A stretch of DNA of 64,000 nucleotides from Candidatus Saccharimonadia bacterium (GTDB lineage: Bacteria > Patescibacteriota > Saccharimonadia > UBA4664): NCBI GenBank assembly GCA_036488585.1, contig DASXHH010000024.1, forward strand, positions 85 to 64,084, in the 5' to 3' direction. A model generated the notes under the pieces. The model saw only the letters and a program-made list of their open reading frames with translations. It searched no databases and had not been told where the DNA came from. Of this stretch, positions 43,334-53,661 are shown piece after piece; position 1 is the first letter of the stretch; every line of letters starts with the position of its first letter. Position numbers and translations under genes: made by a program.

Positions 43334-44266
43334 TTAGCCTACCTTCTCCGCCGTAAAGCCGAGCTCGGTGATCTTTTCCTTGACCTCATCGTAGGCCTTG
43401 GAACCGAAGCCCTTGAGCTCACGCAGTTCGGAATCTGAGAGCTTGAGCAGGTCTTTTACGGTCTTAATGTCATTATTAATAAGCGCGTTGGTAGTGCGCG
43501 GGCTGAGGTTGATCTCCTCGATATTAATCTTGGCCGCACCGGAGTCGGCGCGGTCGTCGCGGGCGGACGACTCGCTGGCGGTGCTGTGGCCGGCTACAAC
43601 CTGGAAGTGCTCCACGAGAACCTCAGACGCCTGGCGGATAGCCTCGGCCGGCGAGATAGTGCCGTCGGTCTCGATCTCGATCACCAGCTTGTCGAGATCG
43701 GTCATCTGGCCAACGCGGGTGTTCTCGACGTTGTAGCGTACACGCTGCACTGGCGAGTACAGGGCGTCGACGGCGATCATGCCGACTTCCAGCTTCTCGG
43801 CCTCGCGGCTCTCTACGGGCACGTAGCCACGGCCCTTCTCGACCTTGATCTCCATACCGAGCTTGACCTTGGCGTCGTCGAGGGTGGCGATAACCTGGTC
43901 TGGGTTAACAATCTCGACATCTGAGGTGGTCTTGATGCTCGAAGCCTTAACTGGGCCTTTGCCGCTGGCGGTGAGCACCAGGAATTGCGGCTCATCGGAG
44001 AATACACGGAAGCGCAGCCTCTTGAGGTTCAAAATGACCTCAACTACATCTTCCTTAACGCCCTCGATGGTCGAGAACTCGTGGGCTACTGAGTCGATCT
44101 TAACGGCCGTGACGGCAGCGCCGCCAAGGCTCGAAAGGATGACCCGGCGGAGCGAGTTGCCGAGCGTCATGCCGTAGCCGGAGTGTAGCGGCTCGATGAC
44201 GAACGTGGCTTTGTTGCCCTCTTCTTGTACCGTTTTTAGCTCGGGGAGCTGAATCGGATGTAACAC
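43334..44266 (-). CDS. rpoA: DNA-directed RNA polymerase subunit alpha
   Basis: Canonical NTD and CTD (…LKLSDSELRELKGFGSKA…). Confidence 0.95.
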   Translation of the reverse strand: MLHPIQLPELKTVQEEGNKATFVIEPLHSGYGMTLGNSLRRVILSSLGGAAVTAVKIDSVAHEFSTIEGVKEDVVEVILNLKRLRFRVFSDEPQFLVLTASGKGPVKASSIKTTSDVEIVNPDQVIATLDDAKVKLGMEIKVEKGRGYVPVESREAEKLEVGMIAVDALYSPVQRVRYNVENTRVGQMTDLDKLVIEIETDGTISPAEAIRQASEVLVEHFQVVAGHSTASESSARDDRADSGAAKINIEEINLSPRTTNALINNDIKTVKDLLKLSDSELRELKGFGSKAYDEVKEKITELGFTAEKVG

Positions 44267-44282
44267 TTTAGTCGTCCTTTCC

Positions 44283-44900
44283 TTACCTTGAGTAAAACTC
44301 GATGATTAAGTTTTCGTGGATCTCTTCTTGCACGTCTTCGCGGGCCGGTAGGCCAGTAACCTTGGCGGTCATTTTCTTCGCGTCAAAGGACAACCAGCGC
44401 GTCTCGGTGGCATTACCGGCCAGATCAGTAGCAATTTGCTTGAAGTAGACGTTGCCGGCGCTCTTGGGACGGATAGAAAACTCGTCACCGGGCTTGAGTG
44501 TGATAGAGGGGATGTCCACGCGGCGACCATTTAGCATGAAGTGGCCATGTGTAACCAGCTGACGAGCCGACTGACGGCTAGGAGCCAGTCCCAGGCGGTA
44601 AACGGCGTTGTCGAAGCGCTGCTCGAGCAGGGTGATCATGACATCGCCGGTGTTACCGGTGCGACGGTCGGCCTCGCGGACCAACTTGGAAAACTGCTTC
44701 TCGAGCAGACCGTACATGCGCTTCACCTTCTGCTTCTCGCGCAACTGTACAGAATATTGACTGGGCTTGTGACGGCCACCAGTGGGGCCATGCTGGCCGG
44801 GCTTGTAGGGATGCTTGGTGATGCCCTTGATGGCCTTGGGGTGTAGAGCGGTGCCTTCGCGACGGCTCTGCTTAACAATGGGGGTAAGATTGCGTGCCAT
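44283..44900 (-). CDS. rpsD: 30S ribosomal protein S4
   Basis: Canonical S4. Confidence 0.95.
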   Translation of the reverse strand: MARNLTPIVKQSRREGTALHPKAIKGITKHPYKPGQHGPTGGRHKPSQYSVQLREKQKVKRMYGLLEKQFSKLVREADRRTGNTGDVMITLLEQRFDNAVYRLGLAPSRQSARQLVTHGHFMLNGRRVDIPSITLKPGDEFSIRPKSAGNVYFKQIATDLAGNATETRWLSFDAKKMTAKVTGLPAREDVQEEIHENLIIEFYSR

Positions 44901-44909
44901 AATTTGCTC

Positions 44910-45320
44910 CTAGACCCTCCGTGCCTTACGCGGGCGGCAGCCGCCATGCGGGATACCTGTAACGTCTTTAATACTGGCGACCGCAATGCCCAGGGCGCCC
45001 AAGGCGCGGATTGCGGACTCGCGGCCGGAACCGACGCCGTTCACGAGGACGTCTACACGGCTCAGGCCGTAATCCTTGGCGGCAGTGGCGGCGCGCTCGG
45101 TGGCAGTCTGGGCGGCGTATGGGGTACTCTTGCGGGAGCCCTTGAAGCCGGCCGAACCAGCGCTAGCCCAACTCAGGGCGTTGCCGCGCTCGTCGGTGAA
45201 GGTCACGATGGTGTTGTTGAACGTGGCCTGGACGTGCATCTGGCCGGTTGCCACGGTGCGCTTAACCTTGCGGCGGCGGGCAGCCGAGGTGGTAGTTTTG
45301 GATTTGGTGGGGGTTGCCAT
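44910..45320 (-). CDS. rpsK: 30S ribosomal protein S11
   Basis: Canonical S11. Confidence 0.95.
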   Translation of the reverse strand: MATPTKSKTTTSAARRRKVKRTVATGQMHVQATFNNTIVTFTDERGNALSWASAGSAGFKGSRKSTPYAAQTATERAATAAKDYGLSRVDVLVNGVGSGRESAIRALGALGIAVASIKDVTGIPHGGCRPRKARRV

Positions 45321-45336
45321 CTATGCTGCTCCTATC

Positions 45337-45723
45337 CTAAGTCTTTGCTGTGGATTTCTTACGGCCGGAACCCATGGTGACCTTCTTGCCGCGCTTGGTG
45401 CGGGCGTTGGTCTTGGTGCGCTGGCCGTGTACCGGCAGGTTGGCCTTGTGGCGCAAGCCGCGATACGAGTTGATCTCTTTGAGGCGCTTGATGTTTAGGC
45501 TGACCTCGCGCTGAAGATCGCCCTCCACACGGAGGTTCTTGTCGATGTGTTCACGCAGTTTGCTCACCTCGGGTTCGGTCAGGTCCTTCACCCGGGTGTC
45601 GGGGTTAATATTGGTAGCCGCCAGAATGTTGCGGCTTGCGGTGATACCAATGCCGTAGATGTAGGTGAGGGCCACCTCTACGCGCTTGGCATCGGGAACG
45701 TTAACTCCAGCAATACGTGCCAT
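45337..45723 (-). CDS. rpsM: 30S ribosomal protein S13
   Basis: [26 protein letters not shown] is canonical S13. Confidence 0.95.
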   Translation of the reverse strand: MARIAGVNVPDAKRVEVALTYIYGIGITASRNILAATNINPDTRVKDLTEPEVSKLREHIDKNLRVEGDLQREVSLNIKRLKEINSYRGLRHKANLPVHGQRTKTNARTKRGKKVTMGSGRKKSTAKT

Positions 45724-45839
45724 TAACCCTGCCTCTGCTTATGACGAGGCTTCACAGAGCAAATCACACGCACTACACCTTCGCGGCGCACGACTTTGCA
45801 CTGGTCGCAAATTTTCTTAACGCTGGCGCGTACCTTCAC
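45723..45839 (-). CDS. rpmJ: 50S ribosomal protein L36 (38 aa, GTG start); absent from the ORF track
   Basis: Manual translation: (M)[37 protein letters not shown]. The stop overlaps the rpsM ATG (TAATG). Confidence 0.85.
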   Translation of the reverse strand: MKVRASVKKICDQCKVVRREGVVRVICSVKPRHKQRQG

Positions 45840-45864
45840 TGGATGTTCCTCGCGGTTAAATTAA

Positions 45865-46125
45865 TTATCTGTGTCTGTAAGTGATACGGCCCTTGGTGAG
45901 GTCGTATGGGGTCATTTCCAAGGCTACACGGTCGCCGGGGATGATGCGGATGTAGTGCATGCGCATTTTACCCGAGATGTGAGCTAACACAACGTGCCCG
46001 TTCTCAAGCTCCACCTTAAACAATGCGTTTGGTAGAGTCTCGAGGACGGTGCCTTCGAGTTCAATTACTTCCTTTGTAGGCTTTTTGCCGGAAGTGCCCG
46101 ACTGATTGCGATTGCGTGCTGACAT
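45865..46125 (-). CDS. infA: Translation initiation factor IF-1 (with a short N-terminal extension)
   Basis: S1-like OB core ([36 protein letters not shown]). Confidence 0.9.
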   Translation of the reverse strand: MSARNRNQSGTSGKKPTKEVIELEGTVLETLPNALFKVELENGHVVLAHISGKMRMHYIRIIPGDRVALEMTPYDLTKGRITYRHR

Positions 46126-46296
46126 ATCAATGACTACAGTTGATGATTATAGGCAATTGTTTCGTGATTGTAAACCCCTTTCTATCTGTTTTTTGCACCG
46201 GAATGCGGGCTATGGACCGCAATTTATTATAGTAAACGATGTAAACAGCTAGTTTTGTGGCCAGTAGGCCGTTAGTATGTCTTGCTAGAGCAGAAA

Positions 46297-47610
46297 TCAG
46301 TACTGCTCGTAGCTAGTGGTGATGGCCTGGGCTTCGATCTGCTTGAGGGTCTCGATGGCCACTGAGACGACGATGAGGAGCCCAGTGCCGCCGAAGGTGA
46401 GCACCTGGCTCTTGGTGAAGCCCTGGGCGATGAACGGCAGAATGGCGATGATGCCGAGGCCGACGGCGCCGGCAAGTGTGATGCGGTTGATGACGCGCTT
46501 GAGGTAGCTGGCGGTCTGGCTGCCGGGCCGGATGCCGGGAATGAAGCCGCCCTGCTTCTGGAGGTTTTCGGCGATATCTTTGGGGTTGAAGACGACTGAG
46601 GTGTAGAAGTAGGTGAAGCCAACTACCAGAACGAAGTAGGCTACCGCGTAGAACCAGCCGTTGGGCGAGAACAGAGTGACGGTGTTTTTGGCGATACTGG
46701 CCACCCAGGGCGTCTTGGCATTGGACAGGACCTGGCCAAGCAAGCCCGGTACGCTCAGGAAGGCCAGCGCGAAGATGATCGGGATAACGCCGGCAGTAAT
46801 GACGCGTAGAGGCAAGTGGGTGTCGACGCCCGCGTATACGCGGTTGCCGCGGGTACGTTTGGCATATGACACCGGAATGTTGCGGGTGCCTTCGTTGAGC
46901 AAAACCACGAACCCGATGATGAGCAGGGTGGCCGCGAGAAACAAGATGAGAGTGATGATCTTGCCGGCGTCGCCTGAAGCCAGGGTCGCGAACTGGCCAG
47001 CCGAGGTGGGCAGTCGGCTTATGATGCCGCAGAAGATGATGAGCGAGATACCATTACCAATCCCCTTTTCGGTGATGATTTCACCCATCCACATCAGCAG
47101 CATGGTGCCAGCGGTAATGGTCATAACCATGAGTAGCCACTGGAACAGGTTAGGATGGCCGATAATATCGGTATTGTTGACGCGCAATGAGGTTTGCTGA
47201 ATGAGTAACACCATGCCGAACGATTGAATGAGCGCTAGCGGCAGGGTGAGCATGCGAGTGTATTGGTTGAGCTTGCGGCGGCCCATTTCACCCTCTTTGG
47301 AGAGCGATTCGAAGTGCGGAATAACCTGCTGGAGTAACTGAATAATAATTGAGGCGTTAATGTACGGCCCGACACCCATCATGATGATGGAGAAGTTGGC
47401 TAGTGCGCCGCCGGAAAAAACGTCAGCAAAGCCCAGTACCTTGTTGGACTCGAAGATGCTCTTGAGAAAGTTGGCGAGAGCAGCGTTATCTGGGACCGGT
47501 ACGGGGACGTGTGCAAGGAAGCGGAAAATAACCAGGAGCCCGAGTACAGTGAGTACGCGACGCCGCAGATCAGGAGAACGATAGATCTGCTTGAGGCTCG
47601 TTAGGTTCAT
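46297..47610 (-). CDS. secY: Preprotein translocase subunit SecY
   Basis: 437-aa 10-TM protein with canonical SecY motifs. Directly downstream of rplO. Confidence 0.95.
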   Translation of the reverse strand: MNLTSLKQIYRSPDLRRRVLTVLGLLVIFRFLAHVPVPVPDNAALANFLKSIFESNKVLGFADVFSGGALANFSIIMMGVGPYINASIIIQLLQQVIPHFESLSKEGEMGRRKLNQYTRMLTLPLALIQSFGMVLLIQQTSLRVNNTDIIGHPNLFQWLLMVMTITAGTMLLMWMGEIITEKGIGNGISLIIFCGIISRLPTSAGQFATLASGDAGKIITLILFLAATLLIIGFVVLLNEGTRNIPVSYAKRTRGNRVYAGVDTHLPLRVITAGVIPIIFALAFLSVPGLLGQVLSNAKTPWVASIAKNTVTLFSPNGWFYAVAYFVLVVGFTYFYTSVVFNPKDIAENLQKQGGFIPGIRPGSQTASYLKRVINRITLAGAVGLGIIAILPFIAQGFTKSQVLTFGGTGLLIVVSVAIETLKQIEAQAITTSYEQY

Positions 47611-48113
47611 TAGCTAGCCGCCTGCTCCGAAGTCTTCTCGGGGCGGGTGGCTTTCTTGGCAGGGGTCTTCGGGGCTTCCACCAGCTCCAGAGTGCCGCCA
47701 GCTTTTTCGACCGCCGCTTTGGCGGCTGCGCTAGCAGCGTGAACCTTCACAGTTAACTTCTTGCTGAGTTCACCGCGGGCCAGCAGCTTTACGCGCCGAT
47801 CGGCGTGTTTGATGAGGCCGGCACCGGCGAGCACGGAGACGTCAACGGCGGCTCCATCGTTGAGGCGGTCGAGCTCGCCCAGGTTTACTACCTGGTACTC
47901 AACGCGCGACAGGGGCGCGAAACCGCGCTTCTTCGGCAGACGCTTGGCAAGCGGGTTCTGGCCGCCCTCGAAGCCGGGACGGACACCGCCGCCAGTGCGA
48001 GCGTTCTGGCCCTTGGTACCGCGGCCGGCGGTCTTGCCGTAGCCGGATCCGATACCACGGCCGACCCGCTTGCGGTCTGGGGTAGATGAAATGTTTAGTT
48101 CGTGAATCTTCAT
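47610..48113 (-). CDS. rplO: 50S ribosomal protein L15 (C-terminal K/A-rich tail)
   Basis: Canonical L15 Gly/Arg-rich N-terminus. Confidence 0.9.
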   Translation of the reverse strand: MKIHELNISSTPDRKRVGRGIGSGYGKTAGRGTKGQNARTGGGVRPGFEGGQNPLAKRLPKKRGFAPLSRVEYQVVNLGELDRLNDGAAVDVSVLAGAGLIKHADRRVKLLARGELSKKLTVKVHAASAAAKAAVEKAGGTLELVEAPKTPAKKATRPEKTSEQAAS

Positions 48114-48122
48114 GATTAATTC

Positions 48123-48626
48123 CTAGGCAGCCACTTTAGCGGTTTTCTCTACCTTATCCTTCTTTTGCTTAACGGGACTGGATTTGAGCTGGGACAGCGC
48201 CATGGCCGTGGCGTAGGCGTTGTTAACCTTGTTGCTAGAACCCATGGACTTTGTAAGGACGTCGTGAATACCGGCGACCTCTACGACGTTGCGGACCGCA
48301 CCGCCGGCGATCACACCGGTACCAGCCGAAGCGGGCTTGAGTAGCACCTGAGCGCCGGCAAAGCGCACCTGGACCTCGTGCGGGATAGTGCGACCGTCTT
48401 TGAGCGGCACGGTGATCATTTGGCTCTTGGCGCGGGAAACGGCCTTGGCGATGGAGGTCATAACCTCGCCACCCTTGCCGACGCCGACACCAACGCGGCC
48501 TTTGCCATCACCAACTACTACTGTAGCGCGGAAGCGGAAGCGGCGTCCACCCTTAACCACGCGAGCCACACGGTCGATGGCGATCACTTTTTCTTCGAAT
48601 TCTTTGGGTTGCTGTTCGATTGCCAT
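48123..48626 (-). CDS. rpsE: 30S ribosomal protein S5 (no rpmD/L30 between it and rplO)
   Basis: Canonical S5 (RFRFRATVVVGDGKGRVGVGVGK). Confidence 0.95.
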   Translation of the reverse strand: MAIEQQPKEFEEKVIAIDRVARVVKGGRRFRFRATVVVGDGKGRVGVGVGKGGEVMTSIAKAVSRAKSQMITVPLKDGRTIPHEVQVRFAGAQVLLKPASAGTGVIAGGAVRNVVEVAGIHDVLTKSMGSSNKVNNAYATAMALSQLKSSPVKQKKDKVEKTAKVAA

Positions 48627-48627
48627 G

Positions 48628-48978
48628 CTAAAACTCCAATCCTGCTTGGCGGGCGGCCTCGGCTAGGGCGTGCAGACGGCCGTGGTAGATGCGACCGTTG
48701 CGGTCGAATACTACTTTGCTGATCTTCTTGGCCTTGGCAGCGGTGGCGATGTGCTCACCTGCCCAAGCGGCCTTGTCGGTGAGACTGCCCTTGGCGTCCT
48801 TGTGGCCAACCGTTGAGATATAAGCTAGCGTGGTGCCCTTGGTGTCATCAATGACTTGGGCGATGATGTGCACGTTAGAGACCTTCACCGACAAGCGCGG
48901 ACGTTCGGTGGTACCGGTAACGGTGGCACGCACGCGGGCGCGGCGGCGATTTAACTTGTTGAGTGTTGCGTTTGCCAT
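48628..48978 (-). CDS. rplR: 50S ribosomal protein L18
   Basis: Canonical L18. Confidence 0.95.
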   Translation of the reverse strand: MANATLNKLNRRRARVRATVTGTTERPRLSVKVSNVHIIAQVIDDTKGTTLAYISTVGHKDAKGSLTDKAAWAGEHIATAAKAKKISKVVFDRNGRIYHGRLHALAEAARQAGLEF

Positions 48979-48982
48979 AATT

Positions 48983-49522
48983 TTAACCCTTTGTAGCGGT
49001 CTTACCGGCCTTGCGGCGGATCCGCTCCTCTACATACTTGATACCCTTGCCCTTGTACGGCTCCGGCTTCTTGAGCGCCCGAAGGTTGGCGGCAGTCTGG
49101 CCGACCACCTGCTTGTCGTAGCCACTGAGGGTGATAACGTTCTTTTCAACCTTAGCTTCGACGCCTTGCGGCAGCTGGAATACCACTGGGTGCGAGAAGC
49201 CGAGCGACAGGTTGATGGTCTGGCCCTGCACCGCGGCACGGAAGCCGACCCCATTAATCTCGAGCGCGCGGGTGTAGCCCTGGCTCACACCTACCACCAT
49301 GTTGTTGATGAGGGTGCGCATAAGACCATAGGAGGCCTGAGTGTCGGCGTTCTCAACTTCTTTGGAAAGGCTGAGACTACCTCCATCCTGCTCGAGCTTG
49401 AGACCTGGCAGAAGATCTAGCTCCAAGGTGCCTTTGGCGCCCTTGACCGTCACGTGACGGTCATCGAGCTCAACGGTGACGCCGGCGGGTACTGTAATTG
49501 GTTTGCGTCCAATTCGACTCAT
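48983..49522 (-). CDS. rplF: 50S ribosomal protein L6
   Basis: MSRIGRKPITVPAGV is canonical L6. Confidence 0.95.
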   Translation of the reverse strand: MSRIGRKPITVPAGVTVELDDRHVTVKGAKGTLELDLLPGLKLEQDGGSLSLSKEVENADTQASYGLMRTLINNMVVGVSQGYTRALEINGVGFRAAVQGQTINLSLGFSHPVVFQLPQGVEAKVEKNVITLSGYDKQVVGQTAANLRALKKPEPYKGKGIKYVEERIRRKAGKTATKG

Positions 49523-49523
49523 C

Positions 49524-49910
49524 TTACCATACCTTGCACATTAATTCGCCGCCCAAGCCCTTTTGACGAGCTTCCCGACCGGTCATAACGCCACCGGAGG
49601 TGGAGAGTATAACCAGACCGCGGCCACCCAGCACCAGCGGGATGTCCTTGGCTGAGGTATAAACGCGGCGGCCGGGCTTGCTCACACGGACCAATGAGGT
49701 AATGGCCTCGGGGTCGGAACTGAGCTCGATCTCTAGTGTCTTAAAGCCGCCGGCGGCGGCAACCTTGACGTCCTGCACGAAGCCACTGTCTTTGAGAATG
49801 CCAGCCACCTGCTCCTTGAGCTTGGAGTACGGCATCACGACGGACTGCTTGCGGGCCGTGGAGGCGTTCCGGATACGGGTCAACAGGTCTGCGATAGAAT
49901 CGTTAAACAT
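49524..49910 (-). CDS. rpsH: 30S ribosomal protein S8 (start at the internal ATG with AAGGAGGAGG SD; the ORF-track ATG 49931 lies inside the SD)
   Basis: MFNDSIADLLTRIRNA is the canonical S8 N-terminus. Confidence 0.9.
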   Translation of the reverse strand: MFNDSIADLLTRIRNASTARKQSVVMPYSKLKEQVAGILKDSGFVQDVKVAAAGGFKTLEIELSSDPEAITSLVRVSKPGRRVYTSAKDIPLVLGGRGLVILSTSGGVMTGREARQKGLGGELMCKVW

Positions 49911-49924
49911 ATTCGTCCTCCTCC

Positions 49925-50110
49925 TTACCAACTGGCCTTAGTTACGCCCGGGATCTGCCCCTTGGAGGCAAACTCACGGAAGCAAACGCGGCAAAGACCG
50001 AATTTACGAATATAACCGCGCGGACGACCACAAACCTGGCACCGACGCACAATGCGCGTCGAGAACTTCGGTTTCCGCTTGGCTTTTACTACTAATGCAA
50101 CACGTGCCAT
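49925..50110 (-). CDS. rpsN: 30S ribosomal protein S14 type Z (61 aa, zinc-binding)
   Basis: [20 protein letters not shown] is the Z-type S14 signature. Confidence 0.95.
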   Translation of the reverse strand: MARVALVVKAKRKPKFSTRIVRRCQVCGRPRGYIRKFGLCRVCFREFASKGQIPGVTKASW

Positions 50111-50658
50111 TACACGTTCCTCCTAAAGGGAAAGCCCATTAACTCTAGTAACCGCTTGCCCTCGGCAGCAGATTTGGCGGTGGTAACAATATTGACCTGT
50201 AAGCCGTGGGTGGCACCAACCTCCTCGAACGGAATTTGCGGAAAGATGGATTGATCGGTGAGACCCAGGCTGTAATTGCCAAAGGGATCGAAGGCGGTGC
50301 CAGAGATGCCCCGGAAGTCCCGGATGCGAGGTAATACCACGCTCACGAGCAGATCCAGGAACTCATCGGCGCGAGTCCCGCGCAGGGTGACTGTGGTGCC
50401 GACCTTGTTACCTTCGCGCAGTTTGAAGCTGGCGATGGACTTGCGGGCCACCGTGGTAACAGGATGCTGGCCAGTGACACGAGTGATGGTGTCGGCGGCG
50501 GCCTCGAGGTGCTTGGCATCCTGGACGGCGCGACCAACACCGGCGCTTACCACCACCTTCACGATGCTAGGCACCTGGTGTGGGTTGGTGTAGCCGAACT
50601 CTTTGGTGAGCACGGGCACGGCATCCTTAATGTATTTTTCCTTAAACCTGTTCATCAC
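50110..50658 (-). CDS. rplE: 50S ribosomal protein L5
   Basis: Canonical L5. Confidence 0.95.
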   Translation of the reverse strand: MMNRFKEKYIKDAVPVLTKEFGYTNPHQVPSIVKVVVSAGVGRAVQDAKHLEAAADTITRVTGQHPVTTVARKSIASFKLREGNKVGTTVTLRGTRADEFLDLLVSVVLPRIRDFRGISGTAFDPFGNYSLGLTDQSIFPQIPFEEVGATHGLQVNIVTTAKSAAEGKRLLELMGFPFRRNV

Positions 50659-51056
50659 TTCTTCTCCGCCTTCTTGTCCGTGGCTTTCGCGGCGGGTTTT
50701 TTAGCTTGTTTATCGGTCTTTTTATCAGCCTTGGGGGCCTTCTCGGCCTTGTCGTGGTTGGCGCTAACCTTGAATACACGCTCCTTGGAGCCGTCGGGCT
50801 TGATCTCGTAGCCAACCCGGGCCGGCTTGCCAGAATGCGGGTCGAGCACCATCACTTTGGAGATGTCGATTGGCTTGGTGATCTCCAGAATGCCGCCACG
50901 GGGCTGCTTCTGGGAAGGCTTGGTGTGACGTTTGACCACGTTAATGTTTTCAACTACAACCTTGTTTTCCTGCGGTAGGACGGCCAGGATGGTGCCGGTT
51001 TTACCTTTGTCGCGGCCGGTAATTACGACCACTTTGTCATCACGCCGGAGTTTCAT
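50655..51056 (-). CDS. rplX: 50S ribosomal protein L24 (KOW) with a Lys-rich C-terminal extension
   Basis: [21 protein letters not shown] is canonical L24. ~35-aa [16 protein letters not shown] tail. Confidence 0.9.
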   Translation of the reverse strand: MKLRRDDKVVVITGRDKGKTGTILAVLPQENKVVVENINVVKRHTKPSQKQPRGGILEITKPIDISKVMVLDPHSGKPARVGYEIKPDGSKERVFKVSANHDKAEKAPKADKKTDKQAKKPAAKATDKKAEKK

Positions 51057-51424
51057 TACAGCACCTCCGGAGCGAGCGAAATAATCTTCATGTAGCCGCC
51101 GTCGCGCAGCTCGCGCGCAATGGGACCAAAGATGCGGGTGCCGCGAGGCTGACCGTCTTTGCTGATCAGTACAGCCGCGTTCTCGTCGAAGCGGATAGAA
51201 CTACCGTCAGCACGCTTGGTGGGCTGGGTGGTACGGACGACCACGCAGCGAACCACGTCCTTTTTCTTGACGCCAGCGCCGGGCAGGGCGGACTTGACGC
51301 TGCAGGTGATGATGTCACCCACGCGAGCATACCGTCGGCGCGAACCACCGAGCACCTTGATGCACAGCAGGTCCTTGGCGCCGGAGTTGTCGGCGACTCT
51401 GAGTCGGGTTTCAGCCTGAATCAT
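51056..51424 (-). CDS. rplN: 50S ribosomal protein L14
   Basis: [17 protein letters not shown] is canonical L14. Confidence 0.95.
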   Translation of the reverse strand: MIQAETRLRVADNSGAKDLLCIKVLGGSRRRYARVGDIITCSVKSALPGAGVKKKDVVRCVVVRTTQPTKRADGSSIRFDENAAVLISKDGQPRGTRIFGPIARELRDGGYMKIISLAPEVL

Positions 51425-51425
51425 G

Positions 51426-51677
51426 TTATGCCTCCAGCTCCTTAGCGGTTACTTTGCGGGCCACCTGCCAGCGCTTGTCGCGACTGAGCGGGCGGGTCTC
51501 GGTGATCTCCACCAAATCGCCGACATGGCAGGTGTTCTCGGCGTCGTGAGCCTTGAACTTGGTGGTCACCTTGTACTTCTTGCGGTAAATCGGGTGCTCC
51601 TTGAGGGCGTTAACCGCGACCACCACGGTCTTGTCCATCTTGTCGGAGACGACGGTCCCTCGTAGTGTGCGGATCAT
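51426..51677 (-). CDS. rpsQ: 30S ribosomal protein S17
   Basis: Canonical S17. Confidence 0.95.
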   Translation of the reverse strand: MIRTLRGTVVSDKMDKTVVVAVNALKEHPIYRKKYKVTTKFKAHDAENTCHVGDLVEITETRPLSRDKRWQVARKVTAKELEA

Positions 51678-51907
51678 TCTGCGGCCTCCTTAGCGGCTGA
51701 CACGGCAGCCTCAACTTTTGCAATTTCGCGCTCGCGGGTAACAGTGAGAGCGCGGGCGATCGCCTTCTTGTGCGCGGTCAGGATCTTCACGTTCTTCACC
51801 TCTTTGGTGCGGCTGTCGATGACGGCTTGCTCCAGAGCTTTGCGCTCAGTGGCGATGAACTCAGTGAGTTCCTGGTCGGTTTTTTTAGTAATATCTTGCA
51901 GTTTCAT
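51674..51907 (-). CDS. rpmC: 50S ribosomal protein L29
   Basis: Canonical L29. Confidence 0.9.
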   Translation of the reverse strand: MKLQDITKKTDQELTEFIATERKALEQAVIDSRTKEVKNVKILTAHKKAIARALTVTREREIAKVEAAVSAAKEAAE

Positions 51908-52332
51908 TATTCAACCTCTCCCGGCACTTCGCGGATGATAAAGCGGGTGCGAACCGGCAGTTTGTGGGCGGCCAAGCGCATGGCCTCCTTGGCGATATCT
52001 TCGGCCACGCCGTCCATCTCGAACATAACCCTGCCCGGCTGGACTTTGGCGGCGTAGTGATCAACGGAACCTTTGCCCGAACCCATGCGGACTTCCGCCG
52101 GCTTCTTGGTAATGGGCGTATCAGGAAAAATGCGGATCCAGATTTTGCCACCACGCTTGACGTAGCGCGTCATGGCGCGACGGGCAGCCTCGATTTGGCG
52201 GCTCGTGATGCGCTCGGCGGTCTCAGCCTTGAGGCCGTACTGGCCGAAGGCGATCTCGGTGCCGCGGCTGGCGTTGCCATTGTTGCGGCCCTTCATTTGT
52301 TTGCGGTATTTGGTCTTCTTAGGCAGCAGCAT
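51907..52332 (-). CDS. rplP: 50S ribosomal protein L16
   Basis: [16 protein letters not shown] is canonical L16. Confidence 0.95.
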   Translation of the reverse strand: MLLPKKTKYRKQMKGRNNGNASRGTEIAFGQYGLKAETAERITSRQIEAARRAMTRYVKRGGKIWIRIFPDTPITKKPAEVRMGSGKGSVDHYAAKVQPGRVMFEMDGVAEDIAKEAMRLAAHKLPVRTRFIIREVPGEVE

Positions 52333-52970
52333 TACTTCTTCTCCTCGAACTTGGTGCCTTTGTAGACCCAGACCTTCACGCCGATCACACCGTAGGTGGT
52401 GCGGGCGAGCGCATGGGCAAAGTCGATGTCGGCGCGGAGGGTGTGTAGGGGGATGCTGCCCTGGGAGACCGACTCGCGACGGGCCATTTCAGCGCCATTG
52501 AGGCGACCAGCGATGGCCACCTTGGCACCTTGGGCGCCGTTCTTCATGGCGTTCTCCACGCTCATTTTCATGGCGCGGCGGAAGCTGATGCGGCGCTCGA
52601 GCTGACCAGCGACGTTCTCGGCGACCAGGGTAGCATTGGTTTCGGGCTTCTTTACCTCTTCGATCGAGACCTTGATGGGGCCGCCGGTAATCTTGGAAAG
52701 CATGCTCTTGAGCTCTTCGGCGCCAGAACCACCGCGGCCGATCACTACACCGGGCTTGGAAGTGTGGATGGTGACCACTACTTGGCCGGGCGAGCGCTCG
52801 ATATCCACCCGGGCCACACCGGCGCGCTTCGAGAGTTTGCCGGCAATAGCCTTGCGGATGCTGAGGTCTTGGATTAATTGCGTTGCGTAATCACGGTCGG
52901 CGTACCAGCGAGATTGCCAGTCGTGATCGACCTGGAGGCGCATGCTGCGGGGATTAACTTTCTGACCCAT
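52332..52970 (-). CDS. rpsC: 30S ribosomal protein S3
   Basis: [14 protein letters not shown] is canonical S3 (KH domain). Confidence 0.95.
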   Translation of the reverse strand: MGQKVNPRSMRLQVDHDWQSRWYADRDYATQLIQDLSIRKAIAGKLSKRAGVARVDIERSPGQVVVTIHTSKPGVVIGRGGSGAEELKSMLSKITGGPIKVSIEEVKKPETNATLVAENVAGQLERRISFRRAMKMSVENAMKNGAQGAKVAIAGRLNGAEMARRESVSQGSIPLHTLRADIDFAHALARTTYGVIGVKVWVYKGTKFEEKK

Positions 52971-53389
52971 TACTTGGCCTCCTCCTTCTTAGTATCTTTG
53001 GCTTCAGTGGTTTTAGGCTTAGTTGCAGGCTTAGAGCTCACCAACTTGGCTGCGGCCTTGCCATCGTTAACGATTACAGTAATGTGGCTGGAGCGCTTGC
53101 GGATAGCACTCGCCGAGCCCTTAGCGCGCGGCATTGAGCGTTTGAGCGTAGGGCCGGGGCCGATCAATACAGATTCCACCACCAGGTCGGCGAGCTTGGC
53201 GCCGTGGTTGTTCTCGGCGTTGGCCACGGCCGAAGCCAGGACCTTGCCGACTGGGCCGGTTGCACGTTTGTTGGCGTTCGCGAGAATGTGCTGGGCCTCA
53301 ATGGCGCGGCGGCCGCGGATGAGCTGCGCTACCAGGCCCGTCTTGCGAGCCGAGGTGCCGACAAATTTTGCGGTTGCTTGTGTTCTCAT
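52970..53389 (-). CDS. rplV: 50S ribosomal protein L22 with a Lys/Ala-rich C-terminal tail
   Basis: Canonical L22 core, plus AAKLVSSKPATKPKTTEAKDTKKEEAK. Confidence 0.9.
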   Translation of the reverse strand: MRTQATAKFVGTSARKTGLVAQLIRGRRAIEAQHILANANKRATGPVGKVLASAVANAENNHGAKLADLVVESVLIGPGPTLKRSMPRAKGSASAIRKRSSHITVIVNDGKAAAKLVSSKPATKPKTTEAKDTKKEEAK

Positions 53390-53661
53390 TACTTACCCTT
53401 CGCCAATTTACCGCCGTGGCTGCGGAACTTGCGCGTTGGCGAGAATTCACCGAGCTTGTGGCCCACCATGTTCTCCGAAACAAATACCGGCACGTGCATG
53501 CGTCCGTTGTGTACCGCAATGGTGTGACCGACCATCTCGGGAGAAATGGTTGAGCTACGAGCCCAGGTCTTTAATACAGACTTGTCACCCGCGGGCAGCG
53601 CCACAATGCGCTTCAGCAGGCGCTCGTCAACGTATGGTCCTTTTTTGAGTGAGCGACTCAT
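53389..53661 (-). CDS. rpsS: 30S ribosomal protein S19
   Basis: [19 protein letters not shown] is canonical S19. Confidence 0.95.
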   Translation of the reverse strand: MSRSLKKGPYVDERLLKRIVALPAGDKSVLKTWARSSTISPEMVGHTIAVHNGRMHVPVFVSENMVGHKLGEFSPTRKFRSHGGKLAKGK